From: Cyanophora paradoxa CCMP329 | Lineage: Eukaryota; Plantae; Glaucophyta | Assembly (NCBI GenBank): GCA_004431415.1 | Contig: QPMI01000087.1 | Coordinates: forward strand, 13,253 to 77,252 | Reading direction: 5' to 3' | Length of the DNA stretch: 64,000 bases | Shown: positions 1 through 11,100 of the stretch, piece after piece | Numbering within the stretch: the stretch's first letter is position 1 | Layout of the letters: the number at the start of each line of letters is the position of its first letter | Program-made: the position numbers and the translations under genes | The notes under the pieces: model-generated | What the model was told of the DNA's origin: nothing | Database searches by the model: none | Seen by the model: only the letters and a program-made list of their open reading frames with translations

Positions 1-287
1 GTCTTCACCCTGCGACTTGGTCTCGGTAATGGGACTAAAGCTAAGGATAAGATATTCTGACCTACTAAAGCGCGACCTAGCTATAGCTATAGGCGCTCCC
101 AACGACGTTGCTGAAGCGCGGGCCGGGAGCGATTAAAGAATGGGAACTGAGCGCTTCTGCGGAAAGAATTGAAATGAAAGGAGGGTGCTGGGGGGTCCGA
201 CGGTCCAGAACGGTGTGGCTCAAAGAACGAAACCGCAGTGCAGACAGCAGCTGCAGGGCCGAAGCCCCCCTCGCCATAGCTAGCCGC

Positions 288-3200
288 TCACCCCGGCGGG
301 AGGGCGCCGCCGCCAACGCCGGCGCCGGCGCCGGCGCCGGGCTCATGATCGGGGCCCACCTGGACCCCCCTCCTGGCGAAGGCGGGGAGGCTGAAGACGC
401 TGTACCACGCGGGCGGCGCCGCCCGCCGCTCCGCCCGCAGCTCCTCCATCGCCGCCTCCACGCGCTGCGCACGACCCCGCCTTCAGACAGGAGGGGGAGA
501 AGGAGGGGGCGGGATCGGATTCGAGCGCACGCGGACGCGGGGGTGGTCGGGTGGGAAGGCGCGGGGGAACTTGGAGCGGTACGAGGCGAGCGCCGCCTTG
601 AGGAGCGGCAGGGCGGCCCCCGCCTTGCCTGCCCCCCCCGGCCCGGCTCGAGCGCGAGCGAGCGAAACGAACGGGAGCGGGGCGGGGCGCGGGGCGGGGC
701 GGGGCGGGCGCACCGGCGGCGCGGAGGGCGTCGGCGCGCCGGACGAGTACGTGGGCCAGCATCGGCGTCCGCTCCTCCGGGTCCGCAGCCTGTTCTCGTA
801 CCCCGCCCGGCCCGGCGCCCCCGGATCAGCGATCAGGCGCGGCGCCCCCAACTGGAGGAGAGCGGAGGCGGGTCGAGAACCCGCGTCCGCCCTCCGCCCT
901 CCGCCCTCGGCCTCGGGCGCGCACCTTGACGATCTTGGCGGCGACGGAGAGGACGCGCGCGCGCACCGCCGGCGTCATATTCGCCCGCGCCGCCGCCACC
1001 TGCGCCCGCGAAGGGGCCCCGGCCCCCCCGCTCAGCTCAGCTCAGCCCGAGAGCCGTGGCGGAGCTCGAGGCCGGCGCGCCTCCTGGTGGGACAGCCTGC
1101 GCCCCAATATGAGCCGCGGCGGGGGCGGGGGCGGGCGGGCATCTGGTTCTTCCAAAGAAGAGCTACGAACTGCTTTCTTAAAGAGGGCGGCTCCGCTTGA
1201 AGCTCTATCAGGGCGCTAGTAGAATCTATCGTGAAAGTTCAAGAATCTATCAGGGCGCTAGGGCCGCGGGCACCAGTCCAGGTCGGGGAGGGCCGGGTCG
1301 TCGAGGGCGACCAGCACCCGCAGCGCCTCCAGCCGCGTCCCCCGCGCCGCCAGCAGCCGCCCTGCCCCGCCCCGCCCGTCAAACCGGGGGGAAGGGGGGA
1401 GGGGGAAGGGCGGGGGGTACGCGGGCACCGGCGACGAGGAGATCGGTCGCGTGGACGTGCAAGATGCGGGCCAGCAGGAGCCTGAAAAAACTGAGGGGGG
1501 GGGAGGGGCAGGGGGGTAGGGGCGCACTCGTGCCCGGGCCCGAGCCCCTGCGCGACTTCGACGGCGCGCGTGGAGAGCGCGATGGCGCCCCCCGCGTCCA
1601 GCACCCTCCGGCACGCCGCCACTGGGAGCGAAGGGGTTCGGCTCCGCGCGGGACCATTGTTTGCGAGGCGCGCGTACCGTGGGCGTGGAGGACGAGGAAC
1701 TGCGAGACGGCGGCCTCGACCCCCTCCCCCGCCAGCGTGTACGACTTCTCAGTGACGCGTATCCCCATCTTGATGCGGCCGATCGAGTCTAGCGTGGGCG
1801 TTAAGAAAGGTTTGGGGGGAAGGGGGGGGGGGGGGGGGGGGGGAGGGGGAGAAGGGGAGAAGGGGGAAGAGGGTTACACTGGAGGTCCGCGAGGGCCGGG
1901 ATGAGCGCCGCCTCCATTCGCGAGGGCGTCATCTGCCGCTTCACCAGCTCCGACCACGCCTGCCGGGGTACACGCTCGCTCGGGAGGGGTACAGGGCCCG
2001 AAAAGGGGTACGGGCCGGCCGACCTCGAAGTAGAGACCTATCGCCTCTTCCTTCCTCTCGAACTGGCCGGTCGCGATGGCGTCACGAAGGGTGCGGGGGT
2101 ACGATGCGGTCCCATAAACGCGTACCCTGTCCAGCGCGGAGGCGTGGAAGAGGATGGCCTTGGGGCGGAGCGGCCCCGGCGACTCCGCGTACTCGTTGGA
2201 GAGTTGCAGTACCCTCCGCAGGAGCTGCGCGGGCGGCGCGGCGGGTTCGGAGGGGGCGATAAGCGCGGCTCGGTAGGGGTACGGCGATGCGCACGCGGGA
2301 GGTCAGATCCCAATCCAGCGCGAAGAGGTCCTCGCTGGCCCGCGGCATCTCCACCGTACCCGCCTGGGAGGGGGTACGGTTTCGGCGGAGACTGGGGAGG
2401 GAGGGGGAGAGAGAACGGAGGGGGTACCAGGAGGAGCCCCGTGGCGCTGTCGATGAGGAGCTCGGCCTCCTCGACGGAGAGGGGCGCCGGGCCTGCCCGC
2501 TGCAGCGCGCTCACCAGCGCCGCGAGCGCGCCCCGCGCCTGCGCGAGGGCCGTCGGGGGCGAGGGGGGTGGAACCCGAGGGGGGTACGCGTCCGTACGAG
2601 GCGGGGGTCGTGGGAGGCGCGCAGGACGGCGAGTGCTCGGCGGACGGCCATGCGGCCTTTGATTGTTTGGAACAGGTTCGAATTCAGCAGGCGCGCGTCC
2701 GAAAGGGTCTTGGGCGAGGGGGGTACGTGAGAAAGCGCAGCCGGGTGCGGGCGGGAAGGGGCGGGGGTACCAGAGCGAGCTTGTCTGCAAGAACGGGCCG
2801 ACTCGCGGGTGCGCCTCTTGAAGCCTCCGTCAGGCTGAGAATGCTCGCCACTAGCGCATCTCCGGGGGGGCCAGGCGGCAGACGGTATGGCGGTTTGCTC
2901 TGCGGCGGGTCCCCGTCAGAGCGGGTGGGGGGAGGGAGGCCGCGATAGGGGGACAAGGGCACTGCGCACCGGCTGGTGGAAGAGGAGTCCCGCGACGGGG
3001 GGCGTGTGGGGGAGGGCGGGCGCGGCCTCGGCCTCCGGCTCGCCCGGCCCGGTCCCGGCGGCCTCCGAGTCCGGATCGGGCTCGTCGCCCTGGCGCACGA
3101 CCATGTCGCCCACGGCTTGCGCGCGCCCCGCGGAGGAAAAGAACTCTGCGCGCTCGCTCGCCTCGTCTCGCGGGCGGCCAGCGCTCGACGCTCGCGGGGG

Positions 3201-3351
3201 GCGCGTGCGCACCGTGAAGCCAGTCGCTTTTGCCGCGCTCCCACGCCTCGATCCTGTTCTGCTTGTCCGCCTCCACGAGCCAGCTGCTCACCTCCGGCCG
3301 CGGCGGCGCCGGCGCCCACGTGCACGGCGCCGGCTCGAAGGCGGGCTGCAT
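288..3351 (-). CDS. Multi-exon hypothetical protein with C-terminal TPR-like helix (paralog 1 of tandem pair)
   Basis: ATG conserved in both paralogs (MQPA..PAPCTWAPAPPRPEVSSWLVEADKQxRIEAWERGK). Conserved exons are separated by diverged GT/GC-AG introns. C-terminus AALPLLKAALASYRSKFPRAFPPDHPR|VQRVEAAMEELRAERR resembles the last repeat of kinesin-light-chain-type TPRs. Stop TGA at 288-290. Exon boundaries only partly resolved. Confidence 0.6.
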
Positions 3352-3844
3352 GGCACTCCTTCGGGACTAGGGAGTCCTCCAAGCGGGGCGATTTCACGCC
3401 GGAGCGTGAGCTCCGCGGCGGATGGCGTTACGCGCAGAACGGGGAGGCGGAGGCGGACGGCCACAGACACCGCCTCCAGGATCCGGAGCCGCTGCGCTGC
3501 CGCCAGCAGGTTGCTTGGCGTTGCAGAGCGTGGGCGCTTACACCTGTAGTCGCATCCGCGCCACAGCAAGCAGCGAGCTTGATCCTTCGAAGGCGACAAC
3601 GCGTCCCGCCGACGAGTGCTCTACATGCTGTGGGAGCCGCAGCCGCGCGCCGCGAAGTCTTCGTTACCACCCGTACCCCCGTACTGCTCGCGGTACGTAT
3701 ACGTATACGTCTATACGTCACGTCCAGCAGCAACTTGCAACGTTAACGTTAACCGTTGAACGTAACAGCGACTCAACATATGCATATACAACGCCGTCCG
3801 CACTAGTACTTCGCGATCGGCTCTAGTATACGTAGATCTAGATC

Positions 3845-3928
3845 TTTTTTTTTTTTTTGGTGAATTACCGGCCACAGTCTCTAGACACCAGCACTGCGGG
3901 GGCTGCCCAGGGGGCCTAAAGACAAAAA
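3845..3928 (-). mobile_element. Short (~80 bp) dispersed element with A-tail and 9-bp target-site duplication (SINE-like/non-autonomous), copy 1
   Basis: T14-ggtgaattaccggccacagtctctagacaccagcactgcgggggctgcccagggggcctaaagacaaaaa, flanked by agatctttt at 3840-3848 and 3929-3937. Near-identical copy at 42776-42860. Confidence 0.6.
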
Positions 3929-4362
3929 AGATCTTTTGGGGCGTGCCACATGCACGGTGTACTGTATATAACGTGCGAGCTCTCCCTGCAGCTGCATGCG
4001 CATGGCCACTGGGCCAGCTGCAGCAGCCTGGCAGCTCGCTCGCGATCGAGCGATATCAATTGCAATGAATTCGAATGGAATCGCTTCAAAAGTCACTGCA
4101 GCTGATCATGACTACTTTAGTGTTTCTCCTTCTTCTTCTTCTGGTAATGCGACTAAAGCTAAGGACAACATATTCTGACCTACTGAAGCGCGACCTAACT
4201 ATAGCTATAGGCGCTCCCAACGAGCGATTAAAGAACGGGAACTGAGCGCTTCTGCGGAAATAATTGAAATGAAAGGAGGGTGCTGGGCGTCCACGTCCAG
4301 AAGCAGTGTGGCTCAAAGAACGAAACCGCAGTGCAGAAAGCAGCTGCAGGGCCGAAGCCTGG

Positions 4363-7300
4363 CTAGCTGCTGGCCCCGGCCCCGGCGGGAAGGGCGCCGC
4401 CGCCCCCCACGCCGCCGCCGCCGCCGGGGGGCTCGGGGCCCACCCGGAGCCCCCGCCTGGCGAAGATGGGGAGGCCGAAGAGGCTGTGCCACGCGGGCGG
4501 CGCCGCCCGCCGCTCCGCCCGCCGCTCCGCCCGCAGCTCCTCCATCGCCGTCTCCACGCGCTGCGCACGACCCCGCCTTCAGAAAGGAGGGGGAGAAGGA
4601 GGGGCGGGATCGAATTCGAGCTCACGCGGACGCGGGGTGGTCGGGGGGAAGGCGCGGGGGAACTTGGAGCGGTACGAGGCCAGCGCCGCCTCGAGGGGCG
4701 GCAGGGCGGCCCCCGGCTTGCCTGCCCGCCCGGCTCGAACGGGGCGGGGCGGGGCGGGGCGCGCGGGCGGGCGCACCGGCGGCGCGGAGGGCGTCGGCGC
4801 GGCGCACGAGCACGTGCGCCAGCATCGGCGTCCGCTCCTCCGGGTCCGCCGCCTGGCCCGCGGATACGGGCACGGGCCCTCGAATTAGAACGCGGCGGAC
4901 GCGCTGGAGGCGGCGCGGCGGAGAGGAGAGGGGGCGCCCGCGCCCTAAAGCTTCGCTTCCTCCTATCCTCGAAGCCCGCGCCCCGGCCCGCAGACCGCCG
5001 GATCCGGAGGGAAGCGCACGCGGCGCAGTTGCAATTGGCGCACCTTGATGACGCCGGCGGCGACGGAGTGGAGGCGGACGCGCACCGCCGGCCTCATCTT
5101 CGCCAGCGCCGCCGCCACCTGCTCGCCCAGCCCAGCCCAGCTCACCTCAGCTCAGCTCGAGAGCTGCGCCGGGGGCCGGCGCGCCTCCTGGTGGGATAAC
5201 CTGCGCCCCAATATGAGCCGCGGCGGGCGGGGGCGGGGGCGGGCGGGCATCTGGTTCTTCCAAAGAAGAGCTACGAACTGCTTTCTTAAAGAGGGCGGCT
5301 CCGCTTGAAGCTCTATCAGGGCGCTAGTAGAATCTATCGTGAAAGTTCAAGAATCTATCAGGGCGCTAGGGCCGCGGGCACCAGTCGAGGTCGGGGAGGG
5401 CCGGGTCGTCGAGGGCGACCAGCACCCGCAGCGCCTCCAGCCGCGTCCCCCGCGCCGCCAGCAGCCGCCCTGCCCCGCCCCGCCCGTCAAACCGGGGGGA
5501 AGGGGGGAGGGGGAAGGGCGGGGGGTACGCGGGCACCGGCGACGAGGAGATCGGTCGCGTGGACGTGGAGGATGCGGGCCAGCAGGAGCCTGAAAAAAAT
5601 GAGGGGGGGGGAGGGGCAGGGGGGTAGGGGCGCACTCGTGCCCGGGCCCGAGCCCCTGCGCGACTTCGACGGCGCGCGCGGAGAGCGCGATGGCGCCCCC
5701 CGCGTCCAGCACGGTCCGGCACGCCGCCACTGGGAGCGAAGGAGTTCGACTCCGCGCGGGACCATTGTTCGCGAGGCGCGCGTACCGTGGGCGTGGAGGA
5801 CGAGGAACTGCGAGACGGCGGCCTCGACGCTGTCCCCCGCCAGCACGTACGACTTCTCAGTGACGTGTATCCCCATGTTGATGTGGCTGATCGAGTCTGC
5901 AGGGGGCGTCAAAAAAGAAGGGGGAGGAGGGGAAGGGGGAAGGGGGGTACACTGGAGGTCCGCGAGGGCGGGTATGAGCGCCGCCTCCATCGGCGAGGGC
6001 GTCATCTGCCGCTTCACCAGCTCCGACCACGCCTGCCGGGGTACACTCTCGCTCGGGAGGGGTACAGGGCCCGAAAAGGGGTAGGGGCCGGCCGACCTCG
6101 AAGTAGAAACCGATGGCCTCTTCCTTTTTCTCGAACTGGCCGGTCGCGATGGCGTCACGAAGGGTGCGGGGGTACGATGCGGTCCCTGCAATAAACGCGT
6201 ACCCTGTCCAGCGCGGACGCGTGGAAGAGGATGGCCTTGGGGCGGAGCGGCCCCGGGGAGTCTGCGTACTCGTTGGCGAGATGCAGTACTCTCCCCAGGA
6301 GCTGCGCGGGCGGCGCGGCGGGTTCGGAGGGGGCGATAAGCGCGGCTCGGTAGGTGTACGGCGATGCGCACGCGGGAGGTCAGCTCCCAGTCCAGCGCGA
6401 AGAGGTCCTCGCTGGCCCGCGGCATCTCCACGGTACCCGCCTGGGTGGGGGTACATTTTCGGCGGAGACTCGGGAGGGAGGGGGAGAGAGAACGGAGGGG
6501 GTACCAGGAGGAGCCCCGTGGCGCTGTCGATGAGCAGCTCGGCCTCCTCGACGGAGAGGGGCGCCGGGCCCGCCCGCTGCAGCGCGCTCACCAGCGCCGC
6601 AAGCGTGCCCCGCGCCTGCGCGAGGGCCGTCGGGGGCGAGGAGGGCGGAGCCCGAGGGGGGTGCGCGTCCGTACGAGGCGCGGGTCGTGGGAGGCGCGCA
6701 AGGCGGCGAGGGCGCGGCGGACGGCCATGCGGCCTTTGATTGTTTGGAACAGGTTCGAATTCAGCAGGCGCGCGTCCGAAAGGGTCTGGGGCGAGGGGGG
6801 TACGTGAGAAAGCGCAGCCGGGTGCGGGCGGGAAGGGGCGGGGGTACCAGAGCGAGCTTGTCTGCGAGGAAGGACAGACTCGCGGGTGCGCCTTTTGAAG
6901 CCTCCGTCAGGCTGAGAATGCTCGCCACTAGCACATCTCCGGGCGGGCCCGGCGGCAGACGGTATGGCGGGTTGCTCTGCAGCCGGTCCCCGACTCCCCG
7001 TCAGAGCGGATGGGGCCGGGAGGGCGCGAGGGGGTACGAGGGCACTGCGCACCGGCTGGCGGAAGAGGGGTCCCACGACGGGGGGCGAGTGGGTGAGGGC
7101 GGGCGCGGCGGGGCCGGCGCGAAGGGAACCGGAGCCGCCGGCCTCCTCCTCCGGCTCGCCCGGCATGGGCCCGGCTGCCTCCGAGTCCGGATCGGGCTCA
7201 TCGACCTGGCCCGCGGCCAGCCCTTCCACGGCGCGCCCCGCGGAGGAGACGAACTCTGCGCCCCCGCCCGCCCGCTCGTCTCGGGGCGCGGGCGGCTAGC

Positions 7301-7475
7301 GCTCGACGCTCGCGTGGGGCGCGAGCGCACCGTGGAGCCAGTCGCCTTTGCCGCGCTCCCACGCCTCGATCCTCTTCTGCTTGTCGGCCTCCACGAGCCA
7401 GCTGCTCACTTCCGGCCGCGGCGGCGCCGGCGCCCACGTGCACGGCGCCGGCTGGAGGATAGCTGCAGGCTGCAT
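4363..7475 (-). CDS. Multi-exon hypothetical TPR-like protein (paralog 2 of tandem pair)
   Basis: Co-linear with paralog 1 at about 4.12 kb offset. Many substitutions and indels but exon frames are kept (e.g. QFEKKEEAIGFYFE vs QFERKEEAIGLYFE). Stop at 4363. Confidence 0.6.
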
Positions 7476-8164
7476 GGCTCTCCTTCGGGAGCCCTCCAAG
7501 CGGGGCGAGTTCACGCCGGAGCGTGAGCTCCGCGGCGGGCGGCGTTACGCGCAGGGGGACGCGGAGGCAGGAGGGACGCTACAGCTACGGCAACAGACAC
7601 CGCCTCCAGGATCCGGAGCCGCGGCGCTGCCGCCAGCAGGTAGCTCGGCGTTGCAGAGCGTTGCCGCGGACGGTGGGGAAGTTGGGGGATCCAACAGCTG
7701 TAGCCGCATCCGCACCGCAGCAAGCAGCGAGCTCGACCTTTCGGGTCACTGCGCGTCCCGCCGGCGTGCTCTACGTCTGTCGCAGCCGCAGCCGCGCGCT
7801 TCGCGCAAGTCTCGTTACCACCCGTACCCCCAGACGCACCGACCGCCCGCCTCCCAGGGCGCCCAGGGCGCCCATTGGCGGTGCGAGGGCGCTCAGCAAG
7901 ACGCGGTAAGGAGGGCTGCGCAAGGCGAGGGCGCTGGGCACGTGCAATGAATTTCATAATTGCCATGATGGACCTAGCGCCTGGGTCGTCTTAGGTCCTG
8001 GGGGGTACAATTGTTCTCAGGTGGACCGTCAATAACGAGGCCCGGCCGCCTTCTCACTCACTCCGGTCCAACGACAACAGCGACGCACCAGCGCCGTCCG
8101 CACTTCGCCTCTTTCGGGGCGTGTACAGTACCAGCACTCCAACTAGCTCAGGGCCACTTCTTCA

Positions 8165-11100
8165 ATGGCGTTCCTCTCCCTCGCGGTCGGGGCCCCGGCC
8201 CGCGACACGGTCTCTGCCCAGCAGCTCGTTCAATGCGATGTCACTGCTCGCGTCTCCAACGCGCCCTCCGGTGAGCCGGCCGCTCTAGGTCTAGAACTTA
8301 CGTACGCGTACGCATGCGCGTGCAATGATGTACGCGCGCCCCGCGGTCGGGCCCGGGCGTACGCGGCCTTAAATCGCTTCACAAGTGCTCCAGTGTTCCT
8401 CCTGCTTGTTCTCCGCCCCGTCTATCGGCTGGTTCGCCCGAGCCCGCGGTCTGACGCTTCGTGTTCGCGCAGGTTCTCGGGCGCGCCGCCAGCTCCGGCG
8501 CGTGGCGGCCGACGTGACCGAGGCCCGCCAGTTCTTCGGCAGCAATGTGGCCTCCAGTAGCCGCGCGACTCCGGCGCCGTCGGCCTCGGTCCCGCAGCCC
8601 ATCCGCGCCATCGCCGACCCGCCGGTCAAGCCCGCCAAGAAGACGAAGGAGCAGTACGTGTTCAGCTTTGGGAAGGACGTCGAGTCCCCTCCGCTGGACC
8701 GGAACCTGCTCGGCGGTACGCGCGCGCGGAACCTTCGACGCCTCCGCCGAGCGTCGCCGCCGCCCCTGCAGCTGACTGGGGCCGCTGCGCGCAGGCAAGG
8801 GTAACAACCTTTGCGAGATGAGCACCATCGGCATCCCGGTACGTGCTGCCGCGCGGAAATTATTACCCGCGGCGGGGGGCGGCCCTTCGGCCAGGCCCCT
8901 GGCCCGGCCCGCTATATCGTTCCGTGGGGCCTAGTTTAGTCGAATATGCGCGGAATTTAGCTCCAGAGTCGCCCAAACTCGCGTGCGCCGCTGACCGGAG
9001 CGCGGCAGGTGCCGCCGGGCTTCATCATCACCACCCGCGCCTGCAACGACTACCGCGGCAGCGGCCGCCAGCTCCCTGAGGGCCTTCGCGAGCAGGTAAG
9101 CCCCGCCCCGGTCAGGTCCGCGGCCGCCGGCTGACGCCGCGCCGGCAGGCGATCAACGCGCTGCGCACGCTCGAGGCCCAGATGGGCGCGAAGCTCGGCG
9201 CCCCCGTCAACCCGCTGCTTGTCTCCGTTCGCTCGGGCGCCCGCGTCTCCATGCCCGGGTGCGCTGCGCGAACTCCTGCGGCGCCCGGCGCGGCCCGCGC
9301 CGGGCTGACGCCTCTGGGCCCGCAGGATGATGGACACCGTTCTGAACCTCGGCTGCAACGACCTCTCGGTCGTCGGCCTCGCCAAGGCGACCGGCAACGA
9401 GCGCCTGGTGCCTGATTTGAATTCTATCCGGATTTGATCCGAATTTGATCCGGCCCGCTCCGCGCGCCGCAGGCGTACGACAGCTACCGTCGCTTCGTGA
9501 TGATGTATGCGGACGTCGTGATGAGCGTGGAGCGCCGGCTCTTCGAGAAGGCCTTCGACAAGCTGAAGGAGGCCGAGGGCGTCGAGCACGACGTCGATCT
9601 CTCCGTGGACGGCCTCAAGAAGGCCGTCGAGGTCTTCAAGGGCATCTACAAGGAGGAGCTCGGCGAGGAGTTCCCGCAGGACCCCGTCGAGCAGATGTTC
9701 GGCGCCGTCCGCGCCGTCTTCAACTCCTGGGACTCCGAGCGCGCCAAGGTGCAGCTTCTCTCTCAACTCTTTCCTCCCTTTCCTTCCTTGTTCTGACCCG
9801 CACCGCCAGGTCTACCGCCGCGTGAACTCGATCCCGGACGACTGGGGCACGGCCGTCGTCGTCCAGTCCATGGTCTTCGGGTGCGCCGCCCCCGGATCGA
9901 ATCCCGGCCTCTCCCGTTCCTTTCTCTTCCTCTTTCTGACCGCTCCGCAGCAACAAGGGCGACACCTCCGCCACCGGCGTCGGCTTCACCCGCAACCCCA
10001 TGTCCGCCTTTCTTCTCTTCTTTTCTTGCAAAACGATCGGCGCCTGATTCGAACCCGCAGCTCCGGCGAGGACTCGTTCTACGGCGAGTTCCTCGTCAAC
10101 GCCCAGGGCGAGGACGTCGTCGCCGGCATCCGTACCCCCCTCCCCATCAACAAGAAGCAGGCCCAGGAGACGGGCCGCACGGGGCAGCCGACGCTCGAGG
10201 AGGTCATGCCCGAGGCGAGCCGTACCCCTCCCCCCCCTTCCGCCTGGTGCCCCCCCTAACGGGGCCGGGCCACAGGTCTACCAGCAGCTCATTGATACCG
10301 GCAAGACTCTCGAGAAGCACTACGGCGACATGCAGGTACCCCCTTCTCCGCCCGTTGTCGTTCGCGCACCCCCGTCCGACCGAGTGCCGGTACCCCCAGG
10401 ACCTCGAGTTCACGATCGAGAACGGGCGCCTGTACATGCTCCAGACGCGCTCCGGCAAGCGTACCGGCATGGCCGCCGTCACGTGCGCCCCTTTACCCCC
10501 CCTCACCGAATCCGCCCAGCCGATCTGAGCCGGGCGCAGGATCGCGGCGGACATGCTGAAGGAGGGGGCCATGAGCGAGACGGCGGCGCTGAAGAACGTG
10601 CAGCCGGAGCAGCTCTCGCAGCTCCTCGCCCCCGTCTTCGACCAGAAGGCCAAGGACGCAGCCAAGGAGAAGCGCGCCGCGAAGGGATTCAACGCGGGGC
10701 CCGGCGCCGCCTCGGGCCTCCTGGTCCTCTCCACCGAGAAGGCCGTCCAGTGGGCCGCCGAGGGCAAGAAGGTCGGCCTGTGCAGATCTAAGCTTGATTT
10801 CTTGTCCTTATCTTCTCCGGATCCTTAGGTGGTTCTGGTGCGCGAGGAGACGAGCCCGGACGACTACCCCGGCATGGTGGTGGCGCAGGGCGTCCTCACC
10901 GCCCGCGGCGGCTCGACGAGCCACGCCGCCGTCGTCGCCCGCGGCATGGGCAAGCCCTGCGTCGTCGGCTGCAGCTCGCTGCACGTCGACGAGGAGAAGG
11001 GCGTCGTCGCTGCCGGCGGCATGTCCATCAAGGTCTGTGCCTATTTCTTACTTTCTGCTCTCATATTATTTCTTATAGAAGCGCTGACGCCGCCCTCCGC

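Larger units (their letters stand above)
1..7830. repeat. Older tandem gene duplication (~1-3680 vs ~4140-7830)
   Basis: Direct alignment of the two halves, including 3' flanks (ggtaatg.gactaaagctaagga) and 5' flanks (tcgttaccacccgtacccc). Diverged by substitutions, unlike the 7.4 kb duplication. Confidence 0.9.
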
